This document shows positions 37,329 through 47,880 of a DNA stretch of 64,000 bases, in pieces. Numbering within the stretch: the stretch's first letter is position 1; the number at the start of each line of letters is the position of its first letter. This DNA comes from Ramazzottius varieornatus (lineage: Eukaryota > Animalia > Tardigrada). The notes beneath the pieces are model-generated. The model was given only the letters and a program-made list of their open reading frames with translations. It did no database searches and was not told where the DNA came from. Location: assembly GCA_001949185.1 (NCBI GenBank), contig BDGG01000001.1, positions 5,135,624-5,199,623 of the forward strand, in the 5' to 3' direction. The position numbers and the translations under genes were made by a program.

Positions 37329-38222
37329 CTATTCCGACTCAATCGAGTCAGTCTCGCCAATGCGCGACGCGTAAACAGCATTCGGGTTAACGAGACTACG
37401 GGAACTGTGAAGTTCCAGTGCCTGATCCTTGCGAAACTTTCGACAAGCGAAGTACACCACACCGACAAAAGCCGCAACAACAATCACGCTTGCCACAACT
37501 CCCACTGCCACATACACTGCGACCTTCCACGTTGGATCTAAAATTACAAAAAACCAAATCGACAATATTTAGAAACGTTTGAGAAAACGAAAAATACCTT
37601 GAGGAGCTTCGGAGGCTTGGCTGACATTATCCACACCGCTTTCATTGATGTATGGAATTATGGCATTAGTCTTGATGGAGGTGGTTGAGCGAGTTGTTGG
37701 TGCGGCGGTTGTAGTTTGAGCGACATTGGTGCTACTGTACAAGCATCCCACAATGGCAACTTCCGGCTGCTGCGATGGACACTCCAGGTCGGCATTGTTA
37801 GTTAGAACTAGCAGCTTCAATTTCGGGTGGGACATCAACAGCAAAGACACGTTCACGTGGCGAATCGAGTTGTCAGAAGCCAGGATCTGAAAATAATTAC
37901 AACTATTGGAATTTAAAATACACATTGTGAACATCTGTAAATGGTTGGTCACCCCATGCCATCCAACTTTATCCAGTGAGAACTTTAAAGTTGGAAACAT
38001 TACAATTTTGGGTGTCATGTCACGTATGTCAAGTCAGGTCAGGTCAGTTCGCAAACTTACCGTTCGGATACTCCCGTCAATCACTCCATCCTTCCCGCCC
38101 AAGCTTGTCAAGGCCATGTCACGGCAGTCAATCACCGCCTCCAGTTGACAGGAACACTTAAGCGGACAGGCCTGTTCGGTTCCAGCGAAGAACATCAACA
38201 ACAGAGCGTACAGTAGCAGCAT
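37329..38222 (-). CDS. Minimal LRR type I membrane protein (219 aa, 3 coding exons)
   Basis: Exons 38222-38061, 37886-37598 and 37537-37329 join in frame. Order: signal peptide, LRRNT (ACPLKCSC..VIDC), two LRR-like units, Thr-rich stalk, TM helix, short tail. Confidence 0.85.
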
Positions 38223-39399
38223 ATTGGGGATTCGGAACGTGACAACCTGCAACTAAAAGCAAGCAAACACTTGTTCGAAACTCGCGCATCATATCAGTAT
38301 ATCGCTGTATAAAGTGTGCCGCTCTGAGTGGGTACAGCAAACGACAATTGGTCAGCCCCGATCAACTCGCGCATATTTCCGGAACAAAGCTCATGTCACT
38401 GCACGACACGGAAAAGTTATCGAAGTGAACACTCTCACCTCGATGGATGACTTATCCACCGTCAGAGATCCACCACCGATTCGGATTCCGTGCAGTAGAC
38501 TTGGTAGAAGCTTTGAGCAGCTTGTGGAAGTTAGGGCAAAGCTTGGAAGCATCAAAGAAGACGGTAAAGTTGAATGGAATATCGCAGTACGGTGACTGCA
38601 CTGGTCAGCAGTTTCCTCGACAGCCAGCGGTCAGCTTTCTCCAGGAAGCTCAGAACTTACTCCAAGAGGCCTGTTGCCCACCTCTACAGGCTAGCAAGCA
38701 GCCCACGCTACGTCAAAGCAGAAAAGGACGTCCAGAAAAACAAGAAAATCAGAAGAAAGTCCAGGACAAAAATAATGCAAATGGTCACAGACACACTTGC
38801 ACATTGTTCGTATGCAGGTGCGTGAGGATGCACCTCGGTATGGTATGAGCGTTAGCAGTGCATTCTGTTCCACTGGCCATGCGCCCTGTTATCTTAATAG
38901 TGCATGCATGACTTCCGGCGCGCTTTCCCTTTTTCTTAATACAGTACAGTGAGGCATGTCATATTACGTGACAGTCCATTACCGGTGGACGAGGGGTGGT
39001 TTGACGGCTGAAACGACCCTTGTCCACCAGCTACAGAGACAGAGAGAGCTCAAGCTAACAGCAGCGTAAAAGGTAGGTTTGAGTCAATCTGAGAAATCGA
39101 CTTCTCACTCCAGCACAGGCGCACTAAATACCCTCCAACAACTTCCCCGATTTAATTATAGGGTACAAAATGGTGCGGGGTAATTGCCCGCTATCTGGCG
39201 ACGTGTACTGCTAATGTCCCTCTGGAACACAAAATGACACTTCCGCCTTCCCTACAATTAGCGCATTCGCACATACGATAGCCATTACAGCCATGTTTTC
39301 ATTTTGGGATCCTGCTTCGGCCATCGATATACGGTGGGGGAAGGTCGTGTGGAATGCTGAGAAAGAAGATGGCTTGTTCAACGACTTTATCAGCCATCA

Positions 39400-40560
39400 T
39401 GCATCATGTGACCTGCGGTGTCACTTGGCCATCAGTAAAGAGTTATATCAAGAAGGCGACGTGCAATGAAGGAAATGTCCCGGCAGGAAAGACGACTATG
39501 TCTGGCTCCGATGCTATCTATGGCTGTTCCTGCAGTGCTTGAGGAGGGCGCTCATGCGAAGTATTCTTTCAGTGCTGGTCGACCGTTATGTCTTAAAGCT
39601 TTCTGCTTTGCATATGCAGCATCGAACAACACTGTCTACCGGTTGCGAACCTCTCTCAAGAATGGTGGGTTTCGTGTTGTATAACCACCAGGCAACCGTG
39701 GTCGGGCGCTGACAAGGCCACGATCCCTGCTGACCGCGAGCTTCCTCCTTCAGAAAGCCAGCTTATTCGGATTGTCGATGCCAACGCCAGCACGGGCAGC
39801 ATCCAAACCACCATCGATCTATCTACCTTCGGATCTTTGTCCTACGGTCGTGTACGGTCAGTACCTTCAGATATTTCCGAAGGACGGCCCGGAAAAGGGT
39901 GTCAGTAAGAAAACCTTTCTTAAGGTGTGGAAGCAGTTAGTGCCGCACGTGAAAGTCCGAAGTCTGCGCAGCGACATGTGCAAGGACTGCGATCAGTACT
40001 ACAGCCGCATATATCACTACCGAAAGGAAGGTACCCCCTGTGATGATCTGTTGGCGAAATGGACAGCACGCAAGCAAAGGGCGGACGACGAGCGAGCTAA
40101 ATATGTCAGCCACATGGAAAGCAGCATCGCAAGCTACAAACAGAATGGTTTCTTGGAGGGCAGCAAGTTTCCAGCGGGCAACAATTCAAAGCGCGTTATT
40201 GCTTTCGACTTCGCGCAGTCCGTGAGTCTTCCAAACCATACCGACCCAGTGGGGCCTATTTATGTTAAAGTAAGCTCGCCTACTATCGGAACATCTCAAA
40301 CGTAATGTTTTCATACCTAGCAAGCGAACCCCAGCTGGAACAGGGTTTCAGCTGGGGTTCGAAGTCGGCGAAGTCTATGCAGACAACGTTGATGGTTTTG
40401 TTTACGGGTCCAGCTGAAATGCCACTTGTTCGGCCTGGAAGACCCAGCGCGAAAACCCTTCAGTTACTACCTTGCCGATGAAACAGAAACCAGCGGACTG
40501 GACGGAAAGCAATCTCACGGACATAACGCGATGATTTCCATGGTCGATTACTACAGGATC
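39400..40560 (+). pseudogene. Sola-like transposase remnant (5' half)
   Basis: LCLKAF..Y...PGNRGR, TFLKVWKQLVPHV, SDMCKDC, FDFAQSVSLP..GPIYVK|..KCHLFG, YYLADE and HGHNAMISM. Truncated downstream. Confidence 0.7.
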
Positions 40561-41139
40561 AGAGGCTAACTTTTCTAACTCGCCGAAACGGGGGAGTACT
40601 TGTCTAACTGACATTTTTCTCGGTCGTCTTCCAACCAAAAATTGTCAAATTAATTCGCAAAGTTGTCCCAACACTTTGCTTTAGTCTGAAGTATCTTGAA
40701 CCGGAAATAGGTGACAGATCGAGGCGGATATGATTCAGAAAGCAAGAACGTTTGAAGATGGCTGGCGATATTAAGAAGCACGCTTTCTGCAGAAGGCGTA
40801 ATGCAGCTCAGCATCAGCTGATCCAGTTAGCCACATATATGACGCAACAAGCAGAAATCACGCGGGGGGTACACAGCGTGCTTGAGACTCTACGGCTGGT
40901 TTCTATACAAAGTCAGAACGGCAAAAACTTTGCTAACTTTCGAGCGAAAACATATTGTCCTGACAAATCTACGTGAGCACTGCTTGCTACCACGAAGATT
41001 ATCCTTCTTTGTTATCTTCCACCCTCTAAAGTTTACCTCGTTTATTCACCATGTCTGGGAGCATACCTTCAACAAGCTCTGCAACTTCCGAAAGCTGCCC
41101 TTCCGTTCCTCCGCAGCTCGAGATGAAGGCTCAACCGCG

Positions 41140-41770
41140 GAAGAGACAATACGTGCAATATTATCCTAATAGCTGCTCTGACCGCTGTCAACGATGGAAT
41201 GTCCACTAGGATGGCTGCCGAGAAGTACGATGTGCCTCAAAGACCCCTTTATAACAAAGCCAAGAGGAAACATCCAAAGAAGGCCGGACGTCCAAACACG
41301 TTTTCGCTGGAGGAAGAGACGGAAATATGCGAAATCCTCATCCGCTGTTCGAAGATTGAAGTTCCGCTAGGCAAACGAACGCCGATCAAAATCGTCAAGG
41401 CAGTAGCGCTCGCTAAAGGTAAGCCTCATTCCGTTGATTTTCGCTCGTACGAAAGATAACATTCAGGGAAACATCGACCAAATGTGAAAGCTGAAAGATG
41501 ACTTCTGGTGAAACCACTACCAAGGCTATCCTTGTTTTGGCCTATATTCTGTTTCTAGGCATGAATGGAGCAAAGTTCGCCGATCGATGGCACCGGAATT
41601 TCCTTCGAAGAAACCGTGAAATCTCGCTAAGAATGCTGAGTGCGCTGAACTTTAAGAAATCAAGGGAATGGACGGCTGCGCGTTATGAAGAATGGATTTC
41701 CCTTCTGCAGAAGCTGAAGGATGACGCTTTTCTCGATAATCCTGACGGGATATAGAACTTGGACGAATCT
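41140..41770 (+). pseudogene. pogo/Fot1-like transposase 5' remnant (Psq-HTH + CENP-B HTH + start of DDE_1)
   Basis: MSTRMAAEKYDVP, GRPNTFSLEEE, WHRNFLRRN and I*NLDES. Intron ~41419-41558. Confidence 0.8.
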
Positions 41771-42307
41771 GTAAAGCCTCCCGCTGGCTTGGCAAGAACC
41801 CTACAAGGTCGGTCGATGAAGAAGGAATCAGGATCAAAAGGGAACTGACTGGGGATAGTTTTCTTTATTAGTAATGCTAGGTCTCAAGAGAAGGAAAGGA
41901 AAAAAGGAGTCCCGACTGTTAATGACCAGTCGGTTTATATACTTTGACAGCGAAGCAGAAGGAAAGAGAAAGTTCTAGAAGTACGTGAAGTGTTCGTGCT
42001 GATTCAGCACGAGTGCTTCATTGCCGAGGTAAGCTCTTTACAGAGCCTCCTCGCTGATCCTACGCATCCTCGCGTAGTGCTCCATCGACCTGTTATTCTC
42101 AAGTATTTCCTTGCTGGCTGCGGTTTGGCCTGCGGTCGATGTTGGGTTGTCTTGAGTGTGGACGATGTAATGGCCCACCTGCGTGAAGTGGTTGTGGGTG
42201 TTTGCGGTTTTTGCGATTCGGCTTGCGGTCAATGTGCAGATGGCTTGAGTTTGGACTGCGGAATTGCTCACTCGTGTAAAGCGGCTTGCGGACTTGCCGT
42301 TTCTCGG

Positions 42308-42344
42308 TATAAATGCTCCGTGCTGTTATCACTGTCATTCAGTT
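42308..42344 (+). promoter_or_regulatory. TATA box plus initiator core promoter
   Basis: TATAAA at 42308 and TCAGTT at 42339 (canonical spacing), with an ATG at 42365. Confidence 0.55.
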
Positions 42345-42364
42345 GGTATTGCTTTGGATGTGTT

Positions 42365-43264
42365 ATGGATATCGATTCGGAGGTGGAATGTGTCAGCGAC
42401 GGGGAACACGAGGAGGATGATCAACGTGAGCGCGAGGAGGTCCGACCCTCTGGATATGTAAGTTTCTGGGCCATTTTCTGCTTGTTTCCTTTTGTCGTAA
42501 GTTCAGGATTGCTGCGTTGTAGACTGGCAGCATTGTTGGCATTGGATCGGACACGCTTTTCCAGCCGGACGGCGCGGTCGTTGTACATGGTACCCGAGAC
42601 TTTGGTGTGGCACTACGACTGAGTAGGCGAATGGAAGCCGAAAACACGGAACGGCGGGTAACGCAACGAGAGGCACTATATGCGATAGCCCGTGACGCTC
42701 TTCGTTGCTTGAGTGATTTTGAGTTTGCTGTATATGAATGGTAATGTTATGATGGCCTGTGCATGAGCTTTCTTGTTTTCTTCAGTTACCCATGTATTCG
42801 GGTTCTCTTGATTTTCCATCGTGGGAGTTCTTTCCGGCGTATTGTGGGGTGCTTGGTGCGTTCCCCTTCACGGAGCTGGACATGTTGAAACTTCTGCCAT
42901 GTCGTCTGGAGGGAAGGGCGGTGAATTACTTGAATGCCCAATCTGACATCATGCCGTTCAATTTAGTGGGTTTGTCTGAGGTGCCTGCGGTCAAGCCTGG
43001 TGATCCAGTTCATTTCCGGTACTGGTACGAGCACTTTTGGGAGGTAGTGCAGGCAGGCTTCTTGTTGGATCTACATGGCGCTTGGTTCGGGGAATGTCTG
43101 CAGCTCTGCATGGACCGGGACGACGTGGAGCGATGTATGGAGTATCTCGACGAACCTCCGGATTGAATGGATTTGGGGCCTTTCATGGACATGATCGGCA
43201 GCTTTGATGAGCAAGGAATGCTGGTAAACAATAATTTGTTCGAGCACCAACGGGAACGTTTCTG
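42365..43264 (+). CDS. Spliced orphan gene with a Gag-capsid-like segment (may be a pseudogene)
   Basis: Exons 42365-42457 and 42523-~42730 join in frame. The exon from 42786 reads LPMYSGSLDFPSW...MLKLLPCRLEGRAVNYL. TGA at 43164, AATAAA at 43290. The second donor is uncertain. Confidence 0.45.
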
Positions 43265-43879
43265 ACTAAATCGTCCTGTTAGCACGAGGAATAAAATGGT
43301 TTTGAAGTGTATCTGTAGGGCGAATTTTAGCGTCGGAAGACAGAAAAAACGGTAAAGGAACAAAACAAATAGTATCTCATTTCTTATAACGGCGTACATA
43401 CAGAACTGTAGTACATGGACAAACGGCTGCAGTAGAGGAAGAAACATCCGCAAAGAAGGAAGAAACTACTGAAGGACAGGTACAGAGCACAGAATAAAAT
43501 AAGCCTATAAAACTAAAATATCAAGAAAAATAGAAAGCTGAAACACAAAAAAAATACTCCGCTAGGAGGATGCGATCCAGGCTAAGTACTTTCTTTTGGA
43601 TCTTCGGCAACCTTTTCCCGGAAAAATTTCCTCGGACATTTCTTTATTCTTTTTTTGGAACATTTTCATTTGCAACATCCCGTAACCAATCTTTTCTTGT
43701 TGCGTATTTTCCGATATTTTTCGAACTGTTCGTTTTCTTTTCACCGTAATTAACTTTTTTTTTAAAATAAGGACAGATACAACAAATTACAACTGCGATA
43801 CAATACAATACACGTTACAATAGCGTAAGCTGATTCGAGCGCACACTCACCACTCTCCCTTGGTGAGTGGCGCGTCGGG

Positions 43880-44408
43880 CTAGTAGTCCGACTCTCGCGT
43901 CGCCTCTGCGATGTTGACATCAGTCTCCTCTTTGGAGAAGCCGTACTGGGACAGGTCTCCCAGCCGGTCTTGGTCAAACATGATAAAATATTGGATGCAC
44001 TTCAACTGGAGGATTGACCCTTTGATGAATGGGGTGTTCTGGCAATAGTCAGCATACATTGTCTTGACTAGCTGTATGGTAACTCGACGTGAATTCATCC
44101 TTGTAGCCAAGGGAGATGGTGCGTGAAGCAGGTGTTGTTCCTCGCAGTTGTACAAAGGATTACACGCTTTGAATAGAGGGCTTCGAGGCTGAACAGGAGG
44201 TACTTCTCTAGTGGTGCGTTTTCGAGAGGCATCCAGAGACTGATCAAGTTTTCTCCAAGCTAGGAGAGTTGAGATGGTCTTACGGTTTCGCGGGTCGCAC
44301 GAACTGGCTAACCTCGGGACGTTCCCGGCATGGGGTCACTTGTGTGGTGACATTTGGCATGCCTGCCAGAACTATTGCGACAGCCAAGAGGAGCAGGGAT
44401 GAATGCAT
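43880..44408 (-). pseudogene. Frameshifted secreted-protein gene, possibly cystine-knot (spaetzle-like)
   Basis: Signal peptide MHSSLLLLAVAIVLAG, a frameshift near 44280, a basic site RKRTTR, then C..C...DYC...KCIQYF. Confidence 0.3.
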
Positions 44409-44884
44409 GTCGGTAGTGTGATATGATATGCCCAGTTGGTGAGATATCAAGAAGACTGTGCGATAAGAGGTTATAATCCAATGAGCCAGGAGAACTCCAG
44501 AATGAGAAAGAACGACTGTGGTATAAGTAGAGAAAACACAGGTTCCTTGATGCCACGGTAAGCAAAATAATAGATTTGCAGACGATGTAGAACGTGAGGT
44601 ACATCGAAGTATTTTCAACCAAAAACTGCGTCGGTCGGCACAAACGGGGAAGGGCAATCAGGTAATAAGTCTGAAGTGTGTTGTTGGTTTTTTTGAGTTA
44701 TGTCTGTTGACGACGTCGTGCTCGTCAAAAAAGGAACATGTGATGTTGGGTATAAGTGACTATCAGGCCGTAGTCGGTAAGGGAAAGATAAAGGATAGAT
44801 GATTGACCGCCGGTTGGTCGGTTAGAGACGTAAACCGGCCATTGGACAGGTAGCTCAGAGCAACTGAAGGAGCTTCTCAGGCAT

Positions 44885-45204
44885 CGTGAGGAGCATCGGG
44901 CGTGGCAGGCTAATTTAACTGGCCAGACCCATGGTTTGGTCCGGCCCTTCTTACTTTAGTATTGAGTTAGCTTAGCTTGGCAGCGTCAGGCCTTGTGCCG
45001 AACGTCGGGTAGTTTTTTGGGTGGTCGTTCTGCATAGCTTGGAGTAATACAGCTCTGTCGTCGACTACGGTCTGGTGTTGCGCGTTTTTGGAATTTATTC
45101 GGTAACTCGGGATCAGGGAAAGTCCAGAGCTAGGTTAGATTTAGCGAAGGGAGTCTAGCCTAGTGTGTAGCGAGGCGTCTTGTAGCGAGGCCAGCAGCGT
45201 CACA
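44885..45204 (+). repeat. 5' LTR
   Basis: Direct repeat of 56414-56731 ending ...CGTCACA. Its first base is C rather than T. Confidence 0.95.
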
Positions 45205-45205
45205 T

Positions 45206-45220
45206 TGGTGCCGAAACCGG
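45206..45220 (+). promoter_or_regulatory. Primer-binding site, tRNA-Phe type
   Basis: TGGTGCCGAAACC, 1 nt after the LTR, is complementary to the 3' end of eukaryotic tRNA-Phe (…GGTTTCGGCACCA). Confidence 0.85.
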
Positions 45221-46167
45221 CTTGGGAGTGGAACTCGGCCGTTGGGAGACAGGGAGTATTGAATTCTGCGTTTCTTAAACGCAGTCTTCAAGCTTTGGGT
45301 TTCAATTATCAAAATATTGCGCGCTTATCTATAGCATTATTATTTATCTATTATATAGGATTTCTGCTCTCGTTTTTTTTCTAGTTTCCTTCTTAGCCGT
45401 TGCGAAAAAGGAAGGATCCTGGCCTGATCAACCAAGATTTCCCCCGTTTTGCACGGTGCACCTACCTTACGGCATCTTCAAAAGAGATCTTCACTTCGCT
45501 TCGCTTCATTGTCTAATCGGTCTTGATTAGCTCCACCTCTGCCCTCTGTCCAGTTCTTCAAGCAAGCTGACTTCACCCACGCCAACTCTGCCTGTCCATT
45601 CTCATTCCGTGCACGGTAAGAAGTATTCGCGCCAGTTCGAATATTCTTTGTGCGCCATCTTGGGTTTTGTTTTGTCTTGTCTTGTCTTGTCTTTGTTCCG
45701 CAATCTTGCACGCCTTCACCACCTTTCTTCGGTGCTTTGCTGAGGCCTTTTCTTGCTCTTGCGTACTTATACGTCTTACATTATAATATCATTATTAGGC
45801 TAACATTTACGGGTCGAATATTCCAAAATCCAAGAATAGCTTCCCAAAATTCAAAAGCTTTTCGAAACCAAAAAATTGTCTCGTCAAGAACTTTTCAGAA
45901 GAAGGAAAAAGTGAGAGAAATTCAGGGACAAATTCTCCCGTAAAAATTTGCCGCTGGCATTTAATTCGCTCACTGAGCTTTGGTTCCGGAAATAAATGCG
46001 AAAATTGACAAGGGTCAAGTTAGGTTCACTCGAACTCTCCTACGCACGTTCTCTCTCTTCGTGCTTCTTTGCTCTCTTCTGTTTTCAGCTCTCTATTCTT
46101 ACGCTTTACTTTTGTTTTCTGTAACTCGGGCTCACTTCTTTTGTTGTTCCACGTCGGGAATTACTGC

Positions 46168-46422
46168 GTGGTACTTGTAGAGTCTCACGTAGCGCCTTCG
46201 GCAAGTCAGCGGTACGGTGGTACCGACTTGATAGGTGGTATTGGTGGTACTTTTGAGTGGAGTTTCTGGTACTTTTAGGTCAGACTTGTACTACTTTTAG
46301 GTGGCACCTGTGGTATTTTGCGTGGCATTTTTAGTGGTACTTCCGACAATCCCTGGTGGTACTTGCGGTATTCTTTGGTGGTACTTCCGACAGTCTTCTT
46401 TCGTTCTTGTAGGTGGTACTTT
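46168..46422 (+). repeat. Array of GTGGTAC(TT) motifs in the retroelement leader
   Basis: 7 exact GTGGTAC copies (46168, 46217, 46244, 46334, 46356, 46378, 46413) plus ~7 near-matches. Confidence 0.85.
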
Positions 46423-46520
46423 TCGGGCACCAAGTGACATTCTTGCGTTACTGCTGTGCTTCTTCTTCGGCACATACGTTAGTCCATCGTTACTTCATTC
46501 TTGCTGGTTTCTGTTTGGGG

Positions 46521-47880
46521 ATGGTGCTTGAACACACGCCAAAACACGAATCAGGATACAGTCGTTTGTTAGCAAGTACTCAAAGAAACAGTTCCCAGAC
46601 CGCTACTTCTTCAGCGGCAGTTCCGGGTGCGCAAACCTTTGTCCTATCTGCGCCAGTCATGTCCACGCCAACAGAATTCACACCCTTAAATACTGAACAG
46701 CAACAGCAGTTGTTGCAGCAACTCCAGCAGGCCAGGCTAGCCAACCAACAACTTCAAACTGAAAACCAACGTCTAGCACAAACACAAAGTGCATCCGCTC
46801 TTCATAATCCCAGACGAGCTTTAGGGCAGGCTCTGAATGAGGAGTCCAATACGACGGAGGCTATTGTAGTGGAAGCAGATAAGATAGCTCTGGCTTTACA
46901 GGACTTCCGAAAATCGTTGAAGGTTTTTCGGAAGCACTAAATACGGTTCTTCCGATAAAAACCGACAGCAAAATATTCGTGACACCTTCGACAGTCACGA
47001 AGTTCCTTCGTTAATGAACGGATACCATGATGCCGCGTACGTCGGATTGCGCTTTCATTCCGACAAGACAGTGCGCGGTAACTTCCGGGAGGGGGGGCAA
47101 ACTCTTTTAGAAACAAATCAAATACCGGCAGGGCACAGTATAATCCCTCCCTAAAGTATTTCACGTGTGGTCTTTCCGGTCACGCGGCAGTAGACTGCTA
47201 TTCAAGTAGAAGTACTACCTCCACTTCGGCGGTGGCGAATAGCTTTACCAACTGCGGGTACTGTGGGAAGAATGGCCACTGGGCTGCACAATGCTTCAGA
47301 AACCCGGCCAACCAAAGCGCAGGCGGTAACAGTGGGAAACCTGAGGTGTTTTGCGGCTTCTGTGGAAAATATGGCCACCTCGGTCAAAAATTTTTCAAGA
47401 GTCCTTTCAATACCAATTAACCTACTCAGGATGTGAGGAATTCAGCTCCTTCAATCCAGCCTACCAGTTCAGACAACTGCTACAACTGCAATAAGCCGGG
47501 GCATAAGGCACGTGACTGTACTGTTGATGTTCAGTCAACAACAGATAACGCAATCACTTGCCACAAATGTGGGGGATTAGGACATCTTGCCCAGAACTGC
47601 GGCACCGGTCAGCAGTCATCGAATCAAACAAACAATTCTGGGGTGACTTCCGGTAACAACATGCGGGGACAGTCAAATTTCCGAGGCGGCCAGTACCGCG
47701 GAAACAACGATAATCCGTTCCCGCGAGGTACTTCCAATCAAGCGCGATGTGACATCTGCGGCTTGACCGGCCATACCACTCAGATGCATCACGCCAGATC
47801 AAATGAAGGTCAGCAAAGCAACAACAGTACCAACAACCAAACCATCACACAAAGATTTTCTCGCGGTAACCAGCAAGTCA
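46521..47880 (+). pseudogene. gag: gag (Q-rich coiled coil, capsid apparently deleted, six Zn-knuckles)
   Basis: ATG at 46521, CX2CX4HX4C-type motifs at 47157-47792, and a stop at 47418. The knuckle region is in the same frame as pol. Confidence 0.85.

Noticed and set aside
38314-38848. Overlapping plus-strand ORFs as a gene
   Set aside because: There is no recognisable motif or consistent exon structure.
41990-42300. Cys-rich ORF as a zinc-finger gene
   Set aside because: CxxC pairs are present but the spacing is irregular, the sequence is GT-rich, and there is no convincing start or gene structure.
46168-46422. GTGGTAC array as a CRISPR-like array
   Set aside because: The repeat is only 7-10 bp, spacing is irregular, the context is eukaryotic and there are no cas genes.
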